From positions 64,001 to 128,000 of the forward strand of contig JBMOLF010000001.1 in the NCBI GenBank assembly GCA_049325595.1: a DNA stretch of 64,000 nucleotides. Reading direction: 5' to 3'. Both the position numbers and the translations under genes were made by a program. The notes under the pieces are model-generated. The model searched no databases. It had not been told where the DNA came from and saw only the letters and a list, made by a program, of their open reading frames with translations. The stretch comes from Candidatus Babelota bacterium (GTDB lineage: Bacteria > Babelota > Babeliae > Babelales > Vermiphilaceae). Positions 48,715-58,007 of this stretch are shown here, in pieces (position 1 is the stretch's first letter; each line of letters begins with the position of its first letter).

Positions 48715-51700
48715 TTATCCCTCTATGAAAGATATACCATTGTCATAAAACCATTTTTGCCAATGTTCTGGAATAGGCTGCTTGGAATGCACCTCAAACG
48801 TCTTTCCATAAGCACTCGCATTTTTTTTCTGCTCAATAAATCTACTTTTCATAGTCTGCATTTTTTTTGCAGTTATATTTTGCCAGTATCTATCTTTGCA
48901 TTCTATTAACTTGGATAAAGTTTCTATATCAAATTCGCAAGTCTTATTCCCAGGAAGTTTTCTTCCAAAATAAACAACTTTTTCACCTTTTGATTCTAAG
49001 TTAAGAGCTTTTTCAAGTTCATAAATAGCACCCCTAGCGGTATTTAAATCATTACCATCTAAAGTCTTGGTTGCCGTCTTTAAAATTTTATATAGGGGTC
49101 CATCTTTATTCCAAAAACTATTCACCTCTTTAAATAACCTTGCCCCATCAGTTACCTTCTCAACATTAATTATTGATTCCATCTCGAAATTTGTTAAATA
49201 TTCTGAAACTGTTTTTAAATTTTTAAGAACAGCATTTATATGCTCTTCTAGCTGCTGATTAGTGACAACTAATTTACCTATGCTATTAGTTATCCTCTCA
49301 GCTTCCATGAACTGTGCTGGAATTTTACTTTCTACTGCAAATCCTTCAGCAGTTTGGGCTACCGCATTTACTTCTTTTAATTCGCGTAAAATATTTTCTG
49401 CTCGTGCAAGAGCCACTTGTATTGCAGGAGACGTTGCATTAAAAATTACTCCCAATCCCTGATCGATCAATAATCCTTCAGTAACCATTCTGCCTATTAA
49501 CTTTGCTTTTTCTTGTACGGGTAGTTCGGCTAATGCAATCATAGTTTTGGCAAGATTGATTCCATCTGTACCAACTCTATTGCAAAGACTATTTAATTTT
49601 GCAGCACATTTTTCTAAATCATCCTGCAACACTATGTCAGCCAAATCCAATAAAATATCTGCGGTATATACAAAAGGTTTTATAAATCCTTCAGTTGCAT
49701 TGAGCACAAACTGTTCTGGATTTTTTGCAATCTCGCTACCTAACTCTGAACCTTCTCTCACCGCCAACCACGCACATTCAGCCGCCAGTTTTTCATTGTT
49801 ATACAATTCAGTTATAAAAGTGCTTGGAATCTCAGATAAAAGACGATTAAGACAATCGTCAATAAGCACATTTTTATTGTGCACCTTTAAATCTTGGTAA
49901 GAAGCTTTTGATTCATAATCACTGAGTATTTGAATTGTTTGCTTTAATGTATGGGCAATTGATGAGCCTAATGGATTAATAACACGCGCTGTATCAGAAA
50001 AAACAATATTTTCAGTAACTACATAAAGCTTGTGGGCCACATTTTGCGCAGAATAAGCAACTTGATTAAAACAATGTTCTAATGAATGTCCTACATATTT
50101 TGATACTGTTTGGCCATATTCAAACAAAGACCAGCAAAAATCCGCTAAACTAAGTGCTTTAGAGGCATGCCCTTCTAAATTTACTTTTGCGGTATGCAAT
50201 AAATAATCAGCAATCTTACTATGCAGCGTTTTATCATAATCTGAGGCTGTCTTTTTAAATGATAATTCTGAAACCTTATTAAAGAGTTCAACAACCTCAG
50301 TATGTACAACTTGCTGAATTGCGTTACCAATACAATATTCTAAAACTCTTTGATTTTCTTTTTTTTGATTAAGCAACCATTTTGATTCTAAGCTAAGTTC
50401 ATAATTTTGTTCGTAAACAATAGAACCATGCTCTTTAATAAAATTTAATGCTTCTTCTCGGCGGGTTACAATAAACTCCGCTTGCTTGTTATTTTCAGAT
50501 AAGACAAGTGGTGCTACTTGTTCATACTTATCTAGTTGCGCCTTGCAGTCATTAAAATTTTGTTCTATTAAGTTAGTTATCTCATTTCTTAAAGAAGAAT
50601 CTATATGGTAATTATATTTTTTTTGATGCTTACTTAAATTAACAAATCTGGCGATAACCGGCGCATTATAGGAATAATCCCATTGAGGAATTTTATTATC
50701 AGATTCCTCTATTTTAGGTAATCCATTAATAGTCAATTCATTTTTCACCAAATTTTGTTCAGCAATTGTAGCCTGTGGCGATGAAGCTTGAGCAATCAAA
50801 CTATCTTGGTCATTAACTGCAATTGCCTGCTTAGCATTTAAGTTGTTCTCTGATGCTAAAGATTCAGTTTTATTTTTTTTCAACCCTGAAATTATACGAT
50901 TGTAAGGCAACAGACTTTCGCTATTTTTTAGATAGTCGGCAGCTTCATTTGATTTATTATTTTCTGCTAATTTTATGAGATGGCCAAGTTTTTGATTTAC
51001 CTCATTAGCTTGTACTTTTTTTAAAAAGGTTTTGGGAGTACAACCACGTTGTAAATTTTTTATACCATTTATAATCTGTTGCGAACTGCTTTTTGCACAC
51101 TGGTAGGCCTGTCCAATCCCACCTTCGGTTTTTATTGTATTTAAAATACTGGTACGTGAATTAATATCATTTACTATAGTCGATTTAAAATTATCAGTAT
51201 TGATCGATAACAAAGTGTCATACCACTCTGCTGGACTTCCTGAAATTGTCTTGCAAAAATCGGCACAAATTTGCGTTATTAATTGTCTGTCATTGCTAGA
51301 AAGATCTACCTTAATTGTTGCATCCGGAGCGCATGCGACTAAACTAAGCTTTTCTTTTATTGGTATCCATTGCTGATTATAGCTGGTATTATTTATGGAG
51401 CTATGCAATAACTCATGAATAGCTTTTACCGTTGAAAAACTATTATTACTTTCAAGCAAAGTTTTAAAGTTTGTTTTAATAGATTCAATAGCATTGAGTG
51501 TGGCAACATCACAAAGATTTTTTTGAATCGGAACATTAACTAATAATTGAACAGGATTATCAGATAAATAAGGATTTAATTCTGATGCGAGTTTCTTTTC
51601 AGAACTATAAAGATATAACGATTGTCCCTCATTCCAATGCTGATTAAGAATAGGATTATTTCGATAGAGTGGAATAACATCTAATGCTTTTCCATTACCC

Positions 51701-51936
51701 CACTCTATTTCATGATATTGCTTATATGCGCTATAGTTTTCCATACGATTAAAACTACTATTAAGAGATTTTGATCGTTGATCATAAACAATATCATTTT
51801 GTTTAGAGGCAATTTCTACATAGGGTTTGGAAGTAGTACATTTTTGTACATTACTAAAGTGCGCAATAGGCACTGGAACATCTTTATATGAACCCCAGAT
51901 TGGCAACGTTATGCATAATACTATTAAAAAAAACAT
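48715..51936 (-). CDS. Large secreted polymorphic toxin-like protein with C-terminal PD-(D/E)XK (REase-fold) nuclease
   Basis: Signal peptide; long helical body; C-terminal GAIYE...EFDIE....IECK...Q motif; followed by small coupled genes. Confidence 0.75.
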   Translation of the reverse strand: MFFLIVLCITLPIWGSYKDVPVPIAHFSNVQKCTTSKPYVEIASKQNDIVYDQRSKSLNSSFNRMENYSAYKQYHEIEWGNGKALDVIPLYRNNPILNQHWNEGQSLYLYSSEKKLASELNPYLSDNPVQLLVNVPIQKNLCDVATLNAIESIKTNFKTLLESNNSFSTVKAIHELLHSSINNTSYNQQWIPIKEKLSLVACAPDATIKVDLSSNDRQLITQICADFCKTISGSPAEWYDTLLSINTDNFKSTIVNDINSRTSILNTIKTEGGIGQAYQCAKSSSQQIINGIKNLQRGCTPKTFLKKVQANEVNQKLGHLIKLAENNKSNEAADYLKNSESLLPYNRIISGLKKNKTESLASENNLNAKQAIAVNDQDSLIAQASSPQATIAEQNLVKNELTINGLPKIEESDNKIPQWDYSYNAPVIARFVNLSKHQKKYNYHIDSSLRNEITNLIEQNFNDCKAQLDKYEQVAPLVLSENNKQAEFIVTRREEALNFIKEHGSIVYEQNYELSLESKWLLNQKKENQRVLEYCIGNAIQQVVHTEVVELFNKVSELSFKKTASDYDKTLHSKIADYLLHTAKVNLEGHASKALSLADFCWSLFEYGQTVSKYVGHSLEHCFNQVAYSAQNVAHKLYVVTENIVFSDTARVINPLGSSIAHTLKQTIQILSDYESKASYQDLKVHNKNVLIDDCLNRLLSEIPSTFITELYNNEKLAAECAWLAVREGSELGSEIAKNPEQFVLNATEGFIKPFVYTADILLDLADIVLQDDLEKCAAKLNSLCNRVGTDGINLAKTMIALAELPVQEKAKLIGRMVTEGLLIDQGLGVIFNATSPAIQVALARAENILRELKEVNAVAQTAEGFAVESKIPAQFMEAERITNSIGKLVVTNQQLEEHINAVLKNLKTVSEYLTNFEMESIINVEKVTDGARLFKEVNSFWNKDGPLYKILKTATKTLDGNDLNTARGAIYELEKALNLESKGEKVVYFGRKLPGNKTCEFDIETLSKLIECKDRYWQNITAKKMQTMKSRFIEQKKNASAYGKTFEVHSKQPIPEHWQKWFYDNGISFIEG

Positions 51937-51954
51937 AGCTAACTTATTCCACTC

Positions 51955-53280
51955 TTAAATTTTCTCTTTTTTTAAATCCTGTAAATAATTTATGGTCTTT
52001 GTATCGCTCTTAATCAATGATTTATTGTCCTGCCAAGCCAATACTTTGTCTTTCAATTTTTCATCACTGTATATCTGCAAATTATTATGAAAATTCGATT
52101 GTTCGAGCTGATGATTAAAGCTTTGTTGTTGCAAATTTAATTGAGTATCAAACTGATTTGATTGAGTTCTTAACTGTATATAAAAGTTGCGTTGATTTAA
52201 ATATAAGTTAAGAATCGATATTACTGTTGGTAATCCCTGAGTAATAAATATTCTCATACCTGGTTTTATTTTTTGGTATAAGTTACCAAACCAGTCATTC
52301 CATGTGTTCCAATTTTTGATGAGACGCTCAAAATCTTGCTCTTGAATAACAATATCTGTTTTGTTTCTAATCTTGGCGTTACGTGCAGCTTGCTTAACTA
52401 AACGATCTAGCATTCTTAAAGGTTTACCCTTAGTTCGGTGGGCTATGTAATCTATATATTTATCATTGATTTTATACGGAATACTAAGAGCAGCTAGGTG
52501 ATACCTTATCGCCTCTTTACGCGAATTATAACTTGACTGACCTAATGTGATAATATCAAAATCAATAAAACGTGTTTTTATAGGTGATGGCAAATCTTGA
52601 AAAGCTTTGTTAGAAGTACCAATAAAAAACACATTTCCATATTTATTACAATCATCAAGCATTGTCCAAAATTTAGCAACCGCAGCTTTATCTTGTTTAT
52701 TATCAGCTTCAGCCAAATCGGTAATCTCAGTAAATTCATCCAAAATCAAAACACAATCTGTTTGAGTCTTAAACAAAGTATGAAATAAATGGTTTATATT
52801 TTCAGCTCCAGAATGTTTGTACTTATCAAGTAAATCAGGAGCTCTTTCTAGTCTATACCTTCTTTTTGTTACTTTTGCTATAGCCATAGCCAAGCTAGTC
52901 TTACCCATTCCAGGTTCTCCTAAAAGCAACATTCTATCGGGCAATAAATCTCTGGAAATTGGATCTATTAAACTATCAACAATGTCCTCAACCTCAGCAG
53001 GAGCCGAATCTATTAATTTTTTAGCAAAATCATCACTTATAGAGTGAATATCATCATTGAATATATTATTTTGGTTAAATTTTAAAGAATATGTCTTAGT
53101 GCTCTCTTCAGTATCTTCATCAATATAAATAATTGGTTTTTTTGTAATAACCCTGTCAACAAGATCATTTACTCGTATAGATGTGCGCGTATTGTTGATA
53201 GTTTCCTGGCAATAGAGGTTACTTGATAAGCTTATGCTGATAAATATATTAAAAAGAATTACACTTATATTATTCTTCAT
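51955..53280 (-). CDS. AAA+ ATPase (classic clade) with signal peptide-like N-terminus and C-terminal hydrophobic helix
   Basis: GEPGMGKT, LILDE, IGTSN, LPSPIKTRF. Confidence 0.88.
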   Translation of the reverse strand: MKNNISVILFNIFISISLSSNLYCQETINNTRTSIRVNDLVDRVITKKPIIYIDEDTEESTKTYSLKFNQNNIFNDDIHSISDDFAKKLIDSAPAEVEDIVDSLIDPISRDLLPDRMLLLGEPGMGKTSLAMAIAKVTKRRYRLERAPDLLDKYKHSGAENINHLFHTLFKTQTDCVLILDEFTEITDLAEADNKQDKAAVAKFWTMLDDCNKYGNVFFIGTSNKAFQDLPSPIKTRFIDFDIITLGQSSYNSRKEAIRYHLAALSIPYKINDKYIDYIAHRTKGKPLRMLDRLVKQAARNAKIRNKTDIVIQEQDFERLIKNWNTWNDWFGNLYQKIKPGMRIFITQGLPTVISILNLYLNQRNFYIQLRTQSNQFDTQLNLQQQSFNHQLEQSNFHNNLQIYSDEKLKDKVLAWQDNKSLIKSDTKTINYLQDLKKEKI

Positions 53281-53301
53281 GTTGCAGCACCCTTTGATGT
53301 C

Positions 53302-54351
53302 TCATGCGTGATCATTCATCCAGCGCTCATATCTTCTATCGGCTTTAATGGTGTAGTACAAATTAATCATTGAAAATAAGATGGGTGGACCATATATAAG
53401 CACATCTCTTATAGTAAATTTATTTTTATTAATAAATTCTTTTAACGAAAATGATTTTTTACTTTCATGCAAGGCACGTAAAAAGTCATTTTTTGTAATT
53501 ATGCTTCGTGGATTTTTATAATGCGCATACTGCGCCGCTCGTATAATTACGGATTCAATTTCACGAATAGACATTCCCGCAGTTTTTGTTGCAAGCCACC
53601 GACATTCCGATCGCGTCCAATCTTTAGTAATTTGACCTAAATAAAATGCGATTATTTCTACCCTATTGTCATAGTCAGGTAGATTTATGGGAACAATAAA
53701 ACCTTCAAATCTACTTTTTAAAGGTCCAGGAATATCGTTAAGATCATTAGCAGTTGCAATAAAAAAGATATTTGGATTTTGAGCGCATCGATCGAGCAAC
53801 AACCACAGCGCCTCAAGTAACCCTGGATCAATATCCTGTCCCTCTTTTTTATTTTTGAAAAATACATTGATTTCATCGATAATAATGGTCATTTTTTGAT
53901 TTGATTCTAAAATTTCACCAAATATTTTTAATAAATTTTGAGGACCGGAATGTTTATATTCATTGGCAACAAAAGGTGCTTCTATCACTATATAATCTGC
54001 CTCAAGCATATGTCCTATCGCTTTTGCTAATGTTGTTTTCCCACATCCAGGAGGACCAACCAATAAAAGCCTTTTAGGTTTTGCCTTTGCATATATTAAT
54101 GGATAACGAAGATTATAAATAATTTGTTTAAGTCGTTCAGACATTTGCTTTTGAACTAGAGAAAGCAACAAACTATCTTCTTGCTGATCACTACAATACG
54201 CACTATCCTCAATAGGAATTTTTTTGATATTTTTATCGACTAATTCAGCTACAGATTTTGGTTTTTCTTCTGAATTAGGTACAATATTATTAAAATAGAA
54301 AGACAACAGAATAATTATTAAGTAGCAAACATTAAAATGGACTTTTCTCAT
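53302..54351 (-). CDS. AAA+ ATPase (classic clade) with signal peptide-like N-terminus and C-terminal hydrophobic helix
   Basis: GPPGCGKT, IIIDE, IATAN, IPGPLKSRF, LPD...R..I, T.GMS.REIE. Confidence 0.9.
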   Translation of the reverse strand: MRKVHFNVCYLIIILLSFYFNNIVPNSEEKPKSVAELVDKNIKKIPIEDSAYCSDQQEDSLLLSLVQKQMSERLKQIIYNLRYPLIYAKAKPKRLLLVGPPGCGKTTLAKAIGHMLEADYIVIEAPFVANEYKHSGPQNLLKIFGEILESNQKMTIIIDEINVFFKNKKEGQDIDPGLLEALWLLLDRCAQNPNIFFIATANDLNDIPGPLKSRFEGFIVPINLPDYDNRVEIIAFYLGQITKDWTRSECRWLATKTAGMSIREIESVIIRAAQYAHYKNPRSIITKNDFLRALHESKKSFSLKEFINKNKFTIRDVLIYGPPILFSMINLYYTIKADRRYERWMNDHA

Positions 54352-54393
54352 AAATTCTCATAAAAATAGCTCGAAACTTTTTTTTGACCGCTA

Positions 54394-54422
54394 AAACTAA
54401 CATAAAATTATGGGAATCTCAA
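54394..54422 (-). promoter_or_regulatory. Possible sigma70 promoter of the AAA-toxin operon
   Basis: TTGAGA-17 nt-TAGTTT with TG extended -10. Confidence 0.35.
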
Positions 54423-54585
54423 TCTAAAATTTGCCATATTTGACTTTTTGAAAATATTTTGCTTATCCTAAAATGTAGTAATAGACAAAATTTATAAGAA
54501 TGATACAACATTATTCATTACTTTTAACAATTAATAGACGGCTCGAGTTTATAACAACTGGTTGAAGAGATCGAAAGTAGTAGCC

Positions 54586-56841
54586 ATGAAAAAATTGCTG
54601 ATAGTAGAGTCACCAGCAAAAATTAAAACGATATCCAAGTTTTTGGGCAAAGATTTTAAAATTATGTCCACTATGGGACATGTTAAGGATCTGCCTGCCA
54701 AAAAAGTTGGTGTTACACTTTCTGATGATGCTATCGATATTGAATATGTTGCTATTCCTGATAAAGAAAAGACCATTGCAGAAATTTGCAAAGCGGCCTC
54801 TTCTGCTGACGAAATTTATTTAGCGCCCGACCCTGACCGTGAGGGTGAAATTATCGCATGGCATATTGAGCAAGAAATAAAAAAAGTTGCCAAGAAAAAA
54901 GCGAAAATTCATCGTATTACCTTTAACGAAATTACCAAATCAGCCGTTACTGAGGCAATTGAAAATCCTTTTGAGGTGGATTTACAAAAAGTAGCTGCTC
55001 AACAAGCACGCCGTGTGCTTGATCGTTGGGTGGGTTATGAAGTTTCACCTATTTTATGGACTAAACTAGCACCGGGTCTTTCTGCTGGTCGTGTGCAATC
55101 AGTTGCTTTGCGCTTAATTTGCGACCGTGAAGAAGCAATTCGTAGCTTTAAACCAGAAGAATATTGGACCATTGCAGGAATTTTTTCCGGTGATCATGGC
55201 AAAATAGAAGCAGCATTAACTCATATTGGTAAAGAAAAGGCCGAAATTAGCAGTAAACAACAAGCTGATGAATTAGTAAAAAAATTAAAAGCTGCCTCAT
55301 ATGAAATAGAAAGTATTACTGATAAAGAGCGTCTTAAAAATCCGTACGCTCCTTTTATGACCAGTACTTTACAGCAAGCGGCATTTAACCAGCTTGGTTT
55401 TTCGGTTAAAAAAACTATGCAACTTGCCCAACAATTGTATGAGGGTATTCCGCTCGATGATCCAAAAAGCCCGATCGCGCTCATTACTTATATGCGTACC
55501 GACTCACTACGTTTATCAGACACCGCTATTAAGCAAGCACGAGATTTTATTAGCGATCATTTTGCCAAAGATTACCTGCCAAAAACGGCTATGGTATATG
55601 AAAAATCAAAAGGTAAAGCAAAAACCCAAGATGCGCACGAAGCAATCAGGCCTATTGATGCCAACATTACTCCTGAACGTGCTGGTCGTTATTTACCAAA
55701 AGATCTTGCCAAATTATATGAACTTATTTGGAAACGTTATATTGCCTGCCAGATGAAGCCGGCAGTATATGCTCAGCGCCAAGTAGTTATTAAAGGTGAT
55801 AAATATCTTTTTAAAGTTACTGGTTCTACCTTAATTTTTGATGGGTTCTTAAAAGTATATTCTGGTGATGAGGAAGAAGAAAAAGAACAAAAAGTAGTTA
55901 TTCCTCATGGCATAAAAGCAAAAGATCCTTTAGATCTTGAAAAAATTAATCCAAAACAACATTTTACCCAACCGCCTCCAAAATATACCGAAGCTTCGTT
56001 AGTAAAAGAAATGGAAAAAGAAGGTATTGGACGCCCAAGTACGTATGCTACCATTATGAATACCATACGGGCACGTGCTTATACCACGCTTGATTCAAAA
56101 AAACGTTTTACCCCAACTGAACTTGGTATGACGGTAACCAAACTCTTAACAGAAAATCTTCCGCATATCATGAATATTAAATTCACCGCATTAATGGAAG
56201 AAGATCTTGATAAAATAGCGCAGGGCGAGTTCCAACGCGATGAATTGTTGCGTGAATTTTATAAAAATTTCCAAGAAGATATTGCCCTTTTTAAAGGAAA
56301 AGATGGTAAACGTATTGCTGAGCCTACCGATATTACCTGTCCTAAATGCAATGAAGGTAAACTGGCTATTCGTTTTGGTAAAACAGGCGAATTTTTAGGA
56401 TGCATGCGTTACCCCGATTGCGATTTTACTTCTAATTTTAAGCGAAATGAACAAGGTATTATTGAATTAGTTAAAGCTGAACCATTAGTAGTATTGGATG
56501 AGCCCTGTCCATTATGTGGTAAACCATTACGCCAGGTAAATGGCAAATTTGGCCCATTTATTGCCTGCTCTGGTTACCCTGAATGCAAATATATCCATCA
56601 AGTTAAAGCTAGTTTCCCCTGCCCGGTTGACGGCGGTGAAGTAGTGCAACGGCGTTGGCGCGGTGGTACCTTCTGGGGTTGTGGCAATTATCCAAAATGT
56701 AAGTTTGCCGTATTTGGTGATATTGAAGAAATACCATGCCCAAATTGTTCTTTGCCATTTTTAGTAAAAAAAGTTGATAAAGAAGGTAAAGTTACCCTCT
56801 TTTGCTCAGACAAAAAATGTGGCTATACCAAAGAAGAATAA
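54586..56841 (+). CDS. topA: DNA topoisomerase I
   Basis: IVESPAK, DPDREGE, SAGRVQS, ITYMRTDS (catalytic Tyr), C-terminal zinc ribbons. Confidence 0.97.
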   Translation: MKKLLIVESPAKIKTISKFLGKDFKIMSTMGHVKDLPAKKVGVTLSDDAIDIEYVAIPDKEKTIAEICKAASSADEIYLAPDPDREGEIIAWHIEQEIKKVAKKKAKIHRITFNEITKSAVTEAIENPFEVDLQKVAAQQARRVLDRWVGYEVSPILWTKLAPGLSAGRVQSVALRLICDREEAIRSFKPEEYWTIAGIFSGDHGKIEAALTHIGKEKAEISSKQQADELVKKLKAASYEIESITDKERLKNPYAPFMTSTLQQAAFNQLGFSVKKTMQLAQQLYEGIPLDDPKSPIALITYMRTDSLRLSDTAIKQARDFISDHFAKDYLPKTAMVYEKSKGKAKTQDAHEAIRPIDANITPERAGRYLPKDLAKLYELIWKRYIACQMKPAVYAQRQVVIKGDKYLFKVTGSTLIFDGFLKVYSGDEEEEKEQKVVIPHGIKAKDPLDLEKINPKQHFTQPPPKYTEASLVKEMEKEGIGRPSTYATIMNTIRARAYTTLDSKKRFTPTELGMTVTKLLTENLPHIMNIKFTALMEEDLDKIAQGEFQRDELLREFYKNFQEDIALFKGKDGKRIAEPTDITCPKCNEGKLAIRFGKTGEFLGCMRYPDCDFTSNFKRNEQGIIELVKAEPLVVLDEPCPLCGKPLRQVNGKFGPFIACSGYPECKYIHQVKASFPCPVDGGEVVQRRWRGGTFWGCGNYPKCKFAVFGDIEEIPCPNCSLPFLVKKVDKEGKVTLFCSDKKCGYTKEE

Positions 56842-56844
56842 ACT

Positions 56845-57522
56845 TTAGAACTCCATGGTATCTAAGAAAAATTCATTAATTTCTTTATCAACATATTGAG
56901 AGAATTTCTCGCTCAATATTTGTTGAAAGTCTTGTATTGTTTGTTTTTCAAACTGCCCCTGTATGCGCTTAACACAGGGAGCGGGATGAATCTCAAGCCG
57001 CGTATCAAAGCTTAATCCCTTATCTTTGCTAAGATACACAGATAAACCACAATTCCCCATGCGCATTAACCAATTGAAGGGTAAATATTTAATTGGCAAG
57101 GCATCTACGGTTGATTTATTTTTGTTGTTCAAATAATTGTATTCACAAGTCTGAATACCATTATGAGCATATGACTTGTAATACACAAATACCGGAACCA
57201 TGTAATCATTAATTAGATTATTATTATCACAATCATCAATTTTAATAGTGGTAGATAATTTTTCATTCTCTTGAAAATTTTTAAATGGGTACCATTGGCT
57301 ATCTCTCACTAAGACATAGGCTTGTAATTCTTGTGCTCGTTTTCTTATTTTATGTTCCGGGCCCATTTCATGATAATAATCATCATGCGTTCTTTTCTTG
57401 CCTGAAAAACAATGACTCCGAATAAGTTGTTTCTTGTTTTCTTCAATACAACAATAATCTATATCCATAGTTAACAAGGGAACATTGTTGAACGCGAAAA
57501 GAAATATCAAATATTTTTTCAT
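56845..57522 (-). CDS. Hypothetical secreted protein with NLS-like motif
   Basis: Signal-like N-terminus; distant paralog of 57982-58830. Confidence 0.68.
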   Translation of the reverse strand: MKKYLIFLFAFNNVPLLTMDIDYCCIEENKKQLIRSHCFSGKKRTHDDYYHEMGPEHKIRKRAQELQAYVLVRDSQWYPFKNFQENEKLSTTIKIDDCDNNNLINDYMVPVFVYYKSYAHNGIQTCEYNYLNNKNKSTVDALPIKYLPFNWLMRMGNCGLSVYLSKDKGLSFDTRLEIHPAPCVKRIQGQFEKQTIQDFQQILSEKFSQYVDKEINEFFLDTMEF

Positions 57523-58007
57523 AGATTAGATTTTTTAAAAATTAATATCCATTGATTTCCATACAATCCTGAACCAATGCCCACTGGTTCAAAGCCTGCT
57601 TTGAGCAATGCCTTATAGCTTCGCGGATTTTCGCAATATACGCGTGCGGTAAATTCTGTTAACCCCGTTTCATTAAAGTAAATAGTAGCAGTTTTTTTTA
57701 TGGCTTCTTGAAGGTATCCTTTACCCCAATATTGCTTGTTGATCCAGCAATAGAGTTGGCCTGGGTTTTCATCGGGAAGTCGTATTTGTATCGCACCAAC
57801 ATATGCATTTTCTTTTGGTGCATAAATCAAATAAAAAAAAGTTGGAATACCACGTTCTTTTCGGGTTAAACAAAGCTCAAGATATGCTTCTTCATCTTCC
57901 CAACAAGCAACCTGCAAATAAGGCCACAAGTTGGGTTCAAAAAGTTTTTTATAAATAGCAATATGCGAATAATCAAGATCTTTAAGTTCTACCATGTGCT
58001 TCATCAA
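57519..58007 (-). CDS. GNAT (RimJ/RimL-like) acetyltransferase
   Basis: WI...YWGKGY, N..S...L.KAGF motifs. Confidence 0.85.
   Translation of the reverse strand: MMKHMVELKDLDYSHIAIYKKLFEPNLWPYLQVACWEDEEAYLELCLTRKERGIPTFFYLIYAPKENAYVGAIQIRLPDENPGQLYCWINKQYWGKGYLQEAIKKTATIYFNETGLTEFTARVYCENPRSYKALLKAGFEPVGIGSGLYGNQWILIFKKSNL

Noticed and set aside
42394..54351. Island considered as a prophage, IS or restriction/anti-phage ATPase-nuclease system
   Set aside because: No integrase, transposase, phage structural gene or methylase. Signal peptides and the immunity/orphan layout fit an exported toxin better, though a defence role is not formally excluded.
51955..54351. AAA ATPases considered as ftsH or moxR
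   Set aside because: No HExxH protease domain and no MoxR-clade motifs.
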